A DNA stretch of 64,000 nt from Alphaproteobacteria bacterium (GTDB lineage Bacteria > Pseudomonadota > Alphaproteobacteria > RF32 > CAG-239): positions 250,493 through 314,492 of the forward strand of contig SUUK01000002.1 of the NCBI GenBank assembly GCA_015062535.1, given 5' to 3'. Under the pieces are notes generated by a model. That model did no database searches. It was not told the origin of the DNA and was given only the letters and a program-made list of their open reading frames with translations. This document shows positions 42,784 to 52,281 of the stretch, in pieces; the first letter of the stretch is position 1, and each line of letters opens with the position of its first letter. A program made the translations under genes and the position numbers.

Positions 42784-43902
42784 ATGCAATATAACGAAGA
42801 GTTTGAAACAAGAGATGATGTATTTAAATATCAACTAAAAGGGGTTACTTTTTATTTTGTGCCAAATGGTGATGGTAAATATGAGTTTTGTACCAAAGAA
42901 GAAACAAAAGAAGATTTTCAAGTAGCTTTATGGATGACTAGAGTTAAAAATAAAGAAGTAAGCTTAGATAGTACTCCATTTGTGGTAAGAGATGCTTTAT
43001 TAAAAGCTGTTAAAAAAGATATTTCAAAAAGAGATTTAATTGAATTTAGAAAAGAAGCAAACAGATTTGCAGATACAAATGGTGTTGAATTTAAAGAAAA
43101 ACCAATTTCTAACAAAATATATCCTTCTTTATCTAGATCTATTAAGGTATTGGGATTGGCCGAAGAATATTATGTAGAAGATTGGGTTGATTGTAATGGG
43201 CATAGTAGGAAATCTGATAATGTTAAATATAAATTTGTAGTTCAAGATGTGAATAATAAAAATACATATATGATTGAACTTAAATCTTTAAATGGTTCTT
43301 GTGGTAGTGGATATTGTAATGCAACAGTTGGTTGTTTAACTATAGATAAGTTTGATGGTAAAAAAATGCCTTTTACTCATATGCCTAAGTCAACTATGTA
43401 TATTGAAGGTTTTGCAATTGATCCTGTCACACTAGAATACAGTCAAGAAGAAACAGCTAAATCTGCAAATGAAAAGATGTGGTTTCATCCAGTGGGTGAT
43501 TTTGTTTATAACAATGTTTTTTACTATAATAGTTTAGGCAGTGATAGTTATTATCCAAGTGGCAGTGTAGGTATTGAGAAGGATAAATTTAATAAATTAG
43601 AGCGAGCTATGGATAAACGCCCTGTTTGGATTATTAAAGGTCCTTCTGGAAGTGGTAAATCAAGTTTAGCTCGTCATCTTGAAGGATTATCTGTGTTTGA
43701 AACTGATAGTGTTGATAAGTTACCTGAAGTTATTTATGATGATGTTGTTGTTTTGGGAAATCGTTCTGGTTTTAGTGTAGAAGATGTAAAAGGTCGTTTA
43801 TTTGGAGAACACGAAGCAATTGTTGTATCTTTTGATAAAGATGATAGAACAAATGAGCGAAATAAATGTCAACAACCAATTAATAGAGATATTGAGAGAT
43901 AA
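42784..43902 (+). CDS. Hypothetical protein with a C-terminal P-loop-like motif
   Basis: GAGGAG before ATG 42784; WIIKGPSGSGKSS near the C-terminus; SCGSGYC motif. Confidence 0.75.
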   Translation: MQYNEEFETRDDVFKYQLKGVTFYFVPNGDGKYEFCTKEETKEDFQVALWMTRVKNKEVSLDSTPFVVRDALLKAVKKDISKRDLIEFRKEANRFADTNGVEFKEKPISNKIYPSLSRSIKVLGLAEEYYVEDWVDCNGHSRKSDNVKYKFVVQDVNNKNTYMIELKSLNGSCGSGYCNATVGCLTIDKFDGKKMPFTHMPKSTMYIEGFAIDPVTLEYSQEETAKSANEKMWFHPVGDFVYNNVFYYNSLGSDSYYPSGSVGIEKDKFNKLERAMDKRPVWIIKGPSGSGKSSLARHLEGLSVFETDSVDKLPEVIYDDVVVLGNRSGFSVEDVKGRLFGEHEAIVVSFDKDDRTNERNKCQQPINRDIER

Positions 43903-43905
43903 AAT

Positions 43906-43937
43906 AAAAAAAAGAGGAGTTTAACTCCTCTTTTTTT
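43906..43937. terminator. Bidirectional terminator
   Basis: A-run, GAGGAGT-TTA-ACTCCTC, T-run, between convergent genes. Confidence 0.8.
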
Positions 43938-45450
43938 AGTATGATTTGTTTATTAGCTCTAGTTCTTCTTTGGTCATAAGAACAGGATTTTTACCATGGT
44001 CTAAGCTATAACCTTTAATAGCTTTATCTTTATTAAACAATACTTTTGCCATTAATGTGCCATCTTTATTAAATGCATCTAGCATACCATGTTTTTTGCC
44101 TTTTTCATATGATACTTCACCCATTAATTTGCCAGTTGGATAGTAACGTTTTACTTTACCAGATTTGCGATTTCTTAAATAAGGGATTTCATATGATAGG
44201 TTGCCTTCGTTATCATAAATTAGTGTTAAACCATTTAAGATGCCTTTTTCATAAATAGCAGTTGATTTAATTTTGCCATCTTCAAAAAACTCTTTATATT
44301 CACCATCTAAAACGTCATCAACATATGTTTCTTCAGATAAAACAAAGCCATCTTTGGAATAATTTTTTTGGATGCCATTTTTTTTGCCATTTGTGTAATT
44401 TACTTCGGCAGTTAGCTTTCCTTCTTCATCATAAAATTTTGCAGGTCCTTCGGCTATGGCATTAACATATGTAATCTCACTTTTTAAGCCAGATGTTTCA
44501 TAGTAATCTCTTCCTAAACCATTGATGATGCCATTGATGTATGGTGTTTCAGTTTTGACTGTTCCTGTTTCATAATATTCAGTTTCTATGCCATTTTTCA
44601 TATCATTTGCATAGTTTGCAACTATCATTTTGGTTTGATTTGGGAAAAAGGCAATAGCTTCGCCTTCTCTTAAGTCATCTTTATAGGTAACTTTTAAGTT
44701 TAGTTCGCCGTTTTCTTTATAGAATGTTCCAACACCATTTATTAGGTCATTTTGGTAAGGTATTTCTGATTCTAAAACACCATCTTCATAGTAGTTGGTT
44801 GCAAGACCATTCTTTTTTCCTTGTGCATATTCTACTTTAGATTTTAAGTTGCCACTTTTGTAATAAATATAGCGCTCTCCGACAATGATGTCGTTTTCAT
44901 AATTTAATTGTTCTGCAATGTTTCCATCATAAAAATAAATAATTGAAGCACCATTTTTTTGATCATTTATATATCTTGTTTCTTCTTTTAAGTTCCCATC
45001 TTCAAAGTAAGTTTTTTTAGGACCATTTTGAACATTGGAACTATATGTGATACGTTCTTTAACATTTCCATTTTCAAAGAATATGCGTTTCTCGCCATCT
45101 ATAACACCGTTTTTAAATGGTGTTTTTTCTTTTAAGTTACCATTTGGATAGTAGGTTAGGGCAATACCTTCGGCTTTGCCATTAACGTATGGTAAGTCTG
45201 TGTCTTTGTGTCCTTCTGGGGCATAAAAAACAGCAACACCATTTAATATTCCATCTACATAAGATAGTTCACTTTTTTTGAAGTTGTTTTCATAAAAAGT
45301 CTCAAAAATGCCAGTTACAGGGTCACCATTAACATCATACAACACACCATTTACATTTCGGGTGTCTTCCATAGTGTATCTTGGTGTGGCGTTAGCATTT
45401 TCTATATTAATTATAAAGCCTAATAACAAATATAATGGAAAAAATTTCAT
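43936..45450 (-). CDS. Exported MORN-variant repeat protein (YwqK-like)
   Basis: Signal peptide then many ~24-aa repeats of type G-x-x-x-x-YY-x-NG-x-L-K-x-E-x-x-Y. Confidence 0.85.
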   Translation of the reverse strand: MKFFPLYLLLGFIINIENANATPRYTMEDTRNVNGVLYDVNGDPVTGIFETFYENNFKKSELSYVDGILNGVAVFYAPEGHKDTDLPYVNGKAEGIALTYYPNGNLKEKTPFKNGVIDGEKRIFFENGNVKERITYSSNVQNGPKKTYFEDGNLKEETRYINDQKNGASIIYFYDGNIAEQLNYENDIIVGERYIYYKSGNLKSKVEYAQGKKNGLATNYYEDGVLESEIPYQNDLINGVGTFYKENGELNLKVTYKDDLREGEAIAFFPNQTKMIVANYANDMKNGIETEYYETGTVKTETPYINGIINGLGRDYYETSGLKSEITYVNAIAEGPAKFYDEEGKLTAEVNYTNGKKNGIQKNYSKDGFVLSEETYVDDVLDGEYKEFFEDGKIKSTAIYEKGILNGLTLIYDNEGNLSYEIPYLRNRKSGKVKRYYPTGKLMGEVSYEKGKKHGMLDAFNKDGTLMAKVLFNKDKAIKGYSLDHGKNPVLMTKEELELINKSY

Positions 45451-45548
45451 TTTTACTTCCTTAAAAGATATATCTTTAAAGAGTTTAAACCATGTTTTGG
45501 TATATAATCAAGCAAAAATATATTTTTACCACACCATAAAAAATAAAT

Positions 45549-46274
45549 TTATTCTTGTTTTTCTAAATTGTTTTTTAGGTATATTAAAGAGAGTAAAAAT
45601 GCTAATAAAAATGTACTTAACTCGTTTATCTCTAGGTTAATTGTTTTTGCTATTAAAAGGTTTAATAGCTCTATAAAAGATATGCAAAGAGCAGATAATC
45701 TCATTAGTATTTCTTTATTAATTGGAGTTTTTCTTATTTTTAATATGAGTGAATTTAAGAAAGTTAGTATGAGACTTTTTAATAATAAAATTATAAAAAA
45801 TAAGCATATTGCGAGTAATGAAAAAGTTGATGTAGTAGATTGAATAGATTTATCTAAAAAGCTCTTGAAATAATTTATATCATAAGTGCCATCAGTATAT
45901 TCAAGTTTTTTGATATCCGAGGGGGAGGTGATATAAAAATATTTTTTGGTAATGATAATGGCTGTTTTTTCTTTAGTTAATTCTTCTGGTGAATTTTTAG
46001 TATCTAGGATAACTGGCAAAATAAAATTATCTTTATCGGTTATACCAAAATTTAGGTCTACTCTTTTGTATGTATCAGGGTGTGAAACTATTTCTTGGTT
46101 TTTTATTTCTATAGGAAGAAAATCTTCTGCGACAAGAAGAGCTTTGGGTTTTATATCATCTATTACTGTTTTTATGGAAAATAAAAATACGATAGTAATT
46201 ACTATAGCTGTTGCTAGTAAAAATAATAGACCATGACCTTTTCCTTGTTTTATGTATAAGAATATTTTTTCCAT
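45549..46274 (-). CDS. Membrane protein (DUF1189-like topology)
   Basis: One N-terminal TM, a soluble loop, three C-terminal TM segments. Confidence 0.6.
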   Translation of the reverse strand: MEKIFLYIKQGKGHGLLFLLATAIVITIVFLFSIKTVIDDIKPKALLVAEDFLPIEIKNQEIVSHPDTYKRVDLNFGITDKDNFILPVILDTKNSPEELTKEKTAIIITKKYFYITSPSDIKKLEYTDGTYDINYFKSFLDKSIQSTTSTFSLLAICLFFIILLLKSLILTFLNSLILKIRKTPINKEILMRLSALCISFIELLNLLIAKTINLEINELSTFLLAFLLSLIYLKNNLEKQE

Positions 46275-46288
46275 TTTTACCTCAAAAA

Positions 46289-49200
46289 TTAAAATTTATA
46301 TTGCATTCCGGCATCTATTGTTATTCCATCAATAGCGCCAAATTCTTTTTCAATATTTCCATATAAGGTTATATTTTCATAATTATATGTTGCATTTAGG
46401 GATAAAACACCTCGATTAGAGTTTTGTTTTTTGATAATATCAAAGTTGTTATTCATTGCAACTATTGAACCTTTTAAGGCTTTATCAGGTTCTAAAAACT
46501 CAACATAATATATTCCGCCAATTTTTAATTTTAATGATTTATCTTTATCAAAAGAAAACTCTTTGGTTAAATATGAGCCAAGTCCTAGTTCTAGTGATGT
46601 GGCATTGTTCGATTTTATGTTAAGTGCATTTTCTTTATTTTTTTCTGAAATATCTTCTTGATAGTAGTTAATTAGGTTTAGTTCTGCAAGTGGCTCAAAT
46701 TTTAGGGAGTTTGCAAGGTTTAGTGTATAACGAACTTCGTTATTTAATCCAAATTGATATTCGTTATAATCAGCAGAATTTTCACCGGTTAGTGTTTTTC
46801 TATCATATGAGTTGTCATTGTATCCGGCATGTAGTTTTGAATACCACTTTAAGCCGTTATTAAAGTCATAACCAAATGGCAACCACAAGCCAAATTGATT
46901 GGATTTGCGTTTAGAATGGTCATCATAATCTGTTTTTAATTGACTGATTGATGCACCCAAACCATAAGTTATGCCAGAAGTTGTTTTATTTTTTAATAAA
47001 CCATAAGCGCTATGTGCGGTTCCTTTACTTTCTTCTAATGATTTATCAGAATCGTTTGAAATATCTATGAACTTATAACCTGCAACATAGTTTTTGTTTG
47101 GTTCATTAAATAGGATATCACTAAACTGGCGATTTAGGTTTTGGTGAACAATTTGGTTTTCTCTTCTAAATGATGGGAGAATGTTGTTTCCAGTTAAAGT
47201 ATCTATTTTTTTGTTTAAGCTAGATGAAGTTGAAGCTGTTTTTAAGTTATTGTAAAGTGCTAGATTTTTCTTTTCTTCGTAGTTTTGTTCTAAGAAGTTT
47301 GCAACACTTTTATTTGTTATTAGGTCATTAAAGTTTTGACGAGTTAAAACAACATCATGATTTTGGCTATCTTTTGAAACCAAAGATGCATTAAACATTG
47401 CTGATTTTGACTTTAAGTTTAGCTCAGATAAGTCGTTTGCTTTAAGTGAGTTAGAAAGAGTATGGTTATTTTCAAAATTGTCCATGAGAGGGGAATTTGT
47501 GACAGATAAATCTCCTTTTATCGTGTCGCCAAAGAATTTACCAGTTGCTCCAAGTATTACCTCACCTTTACCCATATCATTAAAGTTTGTAACAGATTGA
47601 GGAGTGCGAGAGCCATAGATATCTATCATATCACCTGTTTCGGATTCTTTTTCTTCTCCATTAAATGTGATTGTACCTGTATTTTCTAGGGTAGCATCAT
47701 CTTCTAAGTATATACCTTTTCCAGAGCTTGCATTTGTTATGGTTATTGTTCCGCTATTTTTTACACTAGCACCATTTTCGGCATATATACCATAGGCTGT
47801 TCCGCCAATTTCTGATGATGGAGTAAGTGTTTCGTTTGTTTTTTCGTCTTTATATTCTTGGCGATAGATATTTATTTGACCGCTATTTTCTATTTTTGAA
47901 AATGCTTCTCCGTAAATACCAACAGCTGTACCATTTCCTAAGTTGTTTATGTTTATAATTCCGCTATTGGTGATTTTGTTAAATCTTCCACCACGAAGTC
48001 CTGTTGTTATGCCATCTCCAGTATTTATTAGGTTTATAGTAGATTGTACACCGGTTTTGCCTAAGGTTTCGTGAGCATAACCTTCTTCGGTGATGTTAGC
48101 AATAACTCCATTGGCATCTTCTTCTGGCATATACATACCATATACATCACCATTGCCTTGATTTATAATACTGATTGTACCAACGGCTTTTCCTGTGGGA
48201 TGTCCTTCTTCAGTTTTTCCGCCATAGTGCAGTCCATTCCATAATTGTTGACCTCCGTACATACCATAAACATTTCCGGTGCCTTTATTTCTTATTGTTA
48301 TATTACCCTCTACGTAATCTCCGCCACCTGATGCAGCATTGATGGCAAACCATTGTTGAGCATTGCTTTCAACATCCTTGATATCTTTTTGAATATTTAT
48401 TCCATAGATATTTCCGTTACCTTTAGAATCTATGTTAATATTAGCAATAGCTTCACGTCCTAAGTAGAATTGGTGAGATGTTGCATTCATTGCTGCCATA
48501 TAGCCACCAATACCATATATATCGCCATATGATTCGATATTTATGTCACCATAGGATTTTCCACCGGTTATGGCGATAGCATTGTAGGCTCTGTCATCTC
48601 CAAAAATACCATAGGTTTTACCAGTTCCTTTATTTGTTATATTTATTTGACCATGAGCAATACCACCATCTGAACCTTCTGAATTTACAGCTTCCCATGA
48701 ATTTTGTGCATCTAAAATTTTTGAATATATACCATATACTTCACCATTTTTTTGGTGAGTAATATTTATAATGCCTGTTGCTTCAGAGATGGGGTTTATT
48801 TCATCTTCATAGCGTTTTCCGTCAACAAGAGCATTTGTTACATGACGTTCGCCGTACATACCTATGGTTTTTCCGTTTCCGGAATTGTTTAAATTAATTT
48901 CTTGATAGTCATCAGGGTGTACATATACAGAATATAGGTTATATACGTCTTGGTCTGTTGAATATACACCATAGAGGTCTTCGTCACCAGTGTTTTCTTT
49001 TTCTGTATTACCAACGGCTACACAAATGTTGTTTGATTGCTCAAATCCCTCTGGGCATTCAATTATTAGTATGCAGACATTATCTTGTAAGAAATAGCCG
49101 TCATTACATTCTGTACATACATTTGCTGTTGGGCTGTATGCAATACAATTTGGAACATGAGAATGTGGTAAGCATTCTTTTAGTAGAGTTTCTCCTGATA

Positions 49201-50482
49201 AGCAGGTATTTCCTGTTTCGTATTGATTTTCGTTACATAAAGTTAAATAGTTTGAACCACAATCTGTTGGCTGGCATTCATCATCTTTGGTTATTGTATA
49301 ACCTTCATCACAAGTATTTAATAAGCACTCATTACCAACTAGAGCATAATTTTCATTACATTCAGAACAAGTATTAGATGTAGGGCTATATGTTTTGCAG
49401 TTTGGAACATCTGTATGGGGTAAACATTCTTTTAGTAAAGTTTCACCAGATAAACAAGTATTTCCTGTTTCATATTGGTTTTCGTTGCAAGAACTTAAAT
49501 AATTTTCACCACAAATGGTTATTTCGCAAGTATTTCCAGTTAATGTATAACCATCATTACATATTGCGCATGCATCTTCTAATGGACTATATGTTTTGCA
49601 GTTTGGAACATCTGTATGGGGTAAACATTCTTTTAATAAATTATTTCCAGATAAACAAGTATTTCCTGTTTCGTATTGATTTTCGTTGCAGGAACTTAAA
49701 TAATTTTCACCACAAACGTTTGGTTCACAAGTGCTTCCAACTAATGTAAATCCCTCATCACAGATGATTGGTTTACACTCATTTCCGACAAGCTCTTCAC
49801 CCTCTGGGCAAACGATTGGTTTACATTCGTTTCCAACAAGCTCTTCACCTTCAGGGCAAACGATTGGTTTACACTCGTTTCCAACAAGCTCTTCACCATC
49901 TGGGCAGATGATTGGTTTACAAATTCCATCTACACGTTCTTGTCCTTCTGGGCAATCTATTTGTTCGCATTTGCCATTTACAAGTTCTTCTCCGTCAGGG
50001 CAAGTAATTGGATTTTTATTATTAGAATCATTAGATGATGAGCCTCCACCACCTCCGCCTCCGCCGGCAAGGGCTGCGATACCTGCAACTGCTAAACCTG
50101 AAGCAATATAAATCCCCGTATTGCTGTCATCGGAAGACTTATAAATACTTTCTTTTTTAGTGGTAGATTTTTGAGTTGTTAGTTTTTGGTTTTTAAATTT
50201 TTTTGTGCAAGGGTGGTTTGTTTTTGCACCAAGAGATTTTATTTTACGATATGCAAAAATGTCATTTTTTGATATAGCAATGCATAGTGCAGAATTGCCT
50301 TCTTTATCAACCGAATCGAGATTATAACCACGATATAAATATTTATGTATGGTTTGGATATCACCTGTTCTTGCTTTGTGATATACAAATTCTGCAAATG
50401 ATATAGCTTTTGCGTTTTCTATATTTAAGAAAAAGCTAAATAAAATAAGGCTTATTGATAAAATATATTTTTTAATAATCAT
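46289..50482 (-). CDS. Large autotransporter/adhesin with ankyrin-like N-terminus and Cys-rich repeats
   Basis: Signal peptide; GYNLDSVDKEGNSALCIAI; IASGLAVAGIAALAGGGGGGGG; Cys repeats; YGIY passenger repeats; barrel end DAGMQYKF. Confidence 0.82.
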   Translation of the reverse strand: MIIKKYILSISLILFSFFLNIENAKAISFAEFVYHKARTGDIQTIHKYLYRGYNLDSVDKEGNSALCIAISKNDIFAYRKIKSLGAKTNHPCTKKFKNQKLTTQKSTTKKESIYKSSDDSNTGIYIASGLAVAGIAALAGGGGGGGGSSSNDSNNKNPITCPDGEELVNGKCEQIDCPEGQERVDGICKPIICPDGEELVGNECKPIVCPEGEELVGNECKPIVCPEGEELVGNECKPIICDEGFTLVGSTCEPNVCGENYLSSCNENQYETGNTCLSGNNLLKECLPHTDVPNCKTYSPLEDACAICNDGYTLTGNTCEITICGENYLSSCNENQYETGNTCLSGETLLKECLPHTDVPNCKTYSPTSNTCSECNENYALVGNECLLNTCDEGYTITKDDECQPTDCGSNYLTLCNENQYETGNTCLSGETLLKECLPHSHVPNCIAYSPTANVCTECNDGYFLQDNVCILIIECPEGFEQSNNICVAVGNTEKENTGDEDLYGVYSTDQDVYNLYSVYVHPDDYQEINLNNSGNGKTIGMYGERHVTNALVDGKRYEDEINPISEATGIINITHQKNGEVYGIYSKILDAQNSWEAVNSEGSDGGIAHGQINITNKGTGKTYGIFGDDRAYNAIAITGGKSYGDINIESYGDIYGIGGYMAAMNATSHQFYLGREAIANINIDSKGNGNIYGINIQKDIKDVESNAQQWFAINAASGGGDYVEGNITIRNKGTGNVYGMYGGQQLWNGLHYGGKTEEGHPTGKAVGTISIINQGNGDVYGMYMPEEDANGVIANITEEGYAHETLGKTGVQSTINLINTGDGITTGLRGGRFNKITNSGIININNLGNGTAVGIYGEAFSKIENSGQINIYRQEYKDEKTNETLTPSSEIGGTAYGIYAENGASVKNSGTITITNASSGKGIYLEDDATLENTGTITFNGEEKESETGDMIDIYGSRTPQSVTNFNDMGKGEVILGATGKFFGDTIKGDLSVTNSPLMDNFENNHTLSNSLKANDLSELNLKSKSAMFNASLVSKDSQNHDVVLTRQNFNDLITNKSVANFLEQNYEEKKNLALYNNLKTASTSSSLNKKIDTLTGNNILPSFRRENQIVHQNLNRQFSDILFNEPNKNYVAGYKFIDISNDSDKSLEESKGTAHSAYGLLKNKTTSGITYGLGASISQLKTDYDDHSKRKSNQFGLWLPFGYDFNNGLKWYSKLHAGYNDNSYDRKTLTGENSADYNEYQFGLNNEVRYTLNLANSLKFEPLAELNLINYYQEDISEKNKENALNIKSNNATSLELGLGSYLTKEFSFDKDKSLKLKIGGIYYVEFLEPDKALKGSIVAMNNNFDIIKKQNSNRGVLSLNATYNYENITLYGNIEKEFGAIDGITIDAGMQYKF
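49061..50002 (-). repeat. Intragenic Cys-rich repeats: six 48-bp units (49715-50002) and three ~201-bp units (49061-49714)
   Basis: CPEGEELVGNECKPIV-type unit x6; 67-aa CGENYLSSCNENQYETGNTCLSG...C unit x3, conserved at DNA level. Confidence 0.93.
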
Positions 50483-50572
50483 AATAAATTCTCTTTAAGT
50501 GCACTAATTTAGTTTATTGTACATATGAAGTATTAAAAAATTATTTAGAGAAATAAAAAATGATACTTTAAT

Positions 50573-50602
50573 AAAAAAAAGAGGAACCAAAATGGTTCCT
50601 CT
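50573..50602 (-). terminator. Intrinsic terminator of the SPFH gene
   Basis: AGAGGAACCA/TGGTTCCTCT stem with a T-run on the - strand. Confidence 0.8.
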
Positions 50603-50620
50603 AAAAACGGCTGAGAGAAG

Positions 50621-52078
50621 TTACTTCTCCTCGTTTTTTGTGAGCTTGCTAAGAAGCTGTTGTCCGGCTTCAGTGCCTGCAAAAGCCTCGAGCATTGAGC
50701 CGAGAGCCTGACCACCCTTGGCAGTGAACAAGTCCATTACGGAGTTGACACCTTCGGGGATGCTTGAACCAGCGTTAGCGATAATCTTGATTTGAGCTGT
50801 GCCCAAGTTCTTAGCCTGCTCTACGCCGACAGCCTGAGAAGCCTCGACCTTCTTGATCTCGATGAGGTACTTCTGGTAACCCTCGTTCTCGCCGATCTCT
50901 TTTGCAAGAGTAATCTGCGGCTGAACTTCTGCAAGACCGGTCTTTTCCTTGGCGGTTGCTTCTGCAAGACCCTTGACCTCGATAGCCTTAGCGATGTTCT
51001 GCTCTCTTACGAGTTCTGCTTCAGCCTCTTTGGTCTTCTGGATGTAGAGTGCGTCAGCCTCGTGAGTTGCAGCATCCTTCTGTCTTTCGGCTACATCAAC
51101 CTTGGCATCAGCCTCAATCTTCTGGCGCTCACGAGATGCGTTAGCCTCGATAACGGTGCGCTCTTTTTCGATGTCAGCTTTCTTGACAGTTTCAACCTGA
51201 AGAACGGCCATTTGCTTTTCCTTGGTTGTTTTGGCCTGCTCCTGGATATCCTGCTGAGCTTTCTCCTGAGCGATACCTACCGATTTCTCACGTTCTGCGC
51301 GACGCTTACCGACGGTTTCCTGTTTTTCCTCTTCCTTCATCGCGATGGACTGCTCGGCAGCAATCTCTGCTTCTCTTGCCTCCTTGTTGTTTTTGGCAAC
51401 CTCTCTACGGCTTTCCATGTCGATGAAAGACTTCTTCTTCTCCATGATGTTCGAGATAACCTTCTCGTCTTCCTTGTCACGAACGTCCATGAGCTCGATA
51501 GACTTTACAGGAACGACACCCCACTCTTTGAGGTTGTCAGATACTTCCTTTGTGAACTCCTCACCATAGCGTGAGCGCTGAATCATGATTTCATCCAGCG
51601 TATCGTTTGCAAGGATTGAACGAACGGAAGACTGAACAATCTTGGTAAGATGCTCTTCAAGTGTCGAATTGTCTTCGATACGAGAAGCAGCCTGCTTGTA
51701 GTCTGCGATACGGAAGAACGCTGTTACGTCTACAACGAACGGAAGTTTGTCCTTATCGTATGCCTCATAGCCTTCAAGGTCTACAGAGAAGTTGTGAAGC
51801 GGAAGAACCTGAACCTCAACACCCCAGATTGGTACCCAAGTTGGAATGTGGTAGTATACGTTGCCAGATGAATCATCACCTCCAGCAACTTCACCGGTGG
51901 CGGCGTTGGTAACGGGCTTTACGTTTCCATATATCTCGGTTTGCTTGGAGCGTCGAACAACATGAACCTCAGAAGGTTTCACAACGCGGCGCTTCGAGAG
52001 AAGCCAAGAGATGAACCAGAATACGAGTACAGCAACAACGGCAATAGCCGAAATCAAAATAATAGTTTTTGTTTCCAT
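50621..52078 (-). CDS. SPFH/Band 7 flotillin-like membrane protein, atypical GC and codon usage
   Basis: N-terminal TM; AYDKDKLPFVVDVTAFFRI SPFH region; long Ala/Glu-rich coiled coil. Confidence 0.85.
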   Translation of the reverse strand: METKTIILISAIAVVAVLVFWFISWLLSKRRVVKPSEVHVVRRSKQTEIYGNVKPVTNAATGEVAGGDDSSGNVYYHIPTWVPIWGVEVQVLPLHNFSVDLEGYEAYDKDKLPFVVDVTAFFRIADYKQAASRIEDNSTLEEHLTKIVQSSVRSILANDTLDEIMIQRSRYGEEFTKEVSDNLKEWGVVPVKSIELMDVRDKEDEKVISNIMEKKKSFIDMESRREVAKNNKEAREAEIAAEQSIAMKEEEKQETVGKRRAEREKSVGIAQEKAQQDIQEQAKTTKEKQMAVLQVETVKKADIEKERTVIEANASRERQKIEADAKVDVAERQKDAATHEADALYIQKTKEAEAELVREQNIAKAIEVKGLAEATAKEKTGLAEVQPQITLAKEIGENEGYQKYLIEIKKVEASQAVGVEQAKNLGTAQIKIIANAGSSIPEGVNSVMDLFTAKGGQALGSMLEAFAGTEAGQQLLSKLTKNEEK

Positions 52079-52198
52079 TTTTTAACAAAATTTTTAATTA
52101 ATAATATAAGTTATCGGAAAGGTATATATCATAGTTTAAGAGTTTTGTCAATATGTCTAAACGAAAAAATTAAAAAAAAATTATTTTTTTTTGATTTT

Positions 52199-52231
52199 GC
52201 TATTGCAGGGGAAAAAAATGCTCCCTATATA
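52199..52231 (+). promoter_or_regulatory. Putative RpoH (sigma32) promoter of dnaK
   Basis: GCTATTG-N17-CCCTATATA, close to the alphaproteobacterial RpoH consensus. Confidence 0.65.
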
Positions 52232-52281
52232 AGGTGATAGAAAATGATTTTTTTATAACTTAAATATAAGGAATATTTAAT

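Noticed and set aside
43936-45450. Toxin-antitoxin module implied by the YwqK-like repeats
   Set aside because: No toxin gene recognisable nearby; the protein has a signal peptide and generic MORN-variant repeats.
50792-51574. 260-aa ORF antisense to the flotillin gene
   Set aside because: Leu/Phe-rich mirror of GAG/AAG codons; expected artefact of that gene's codon bias.
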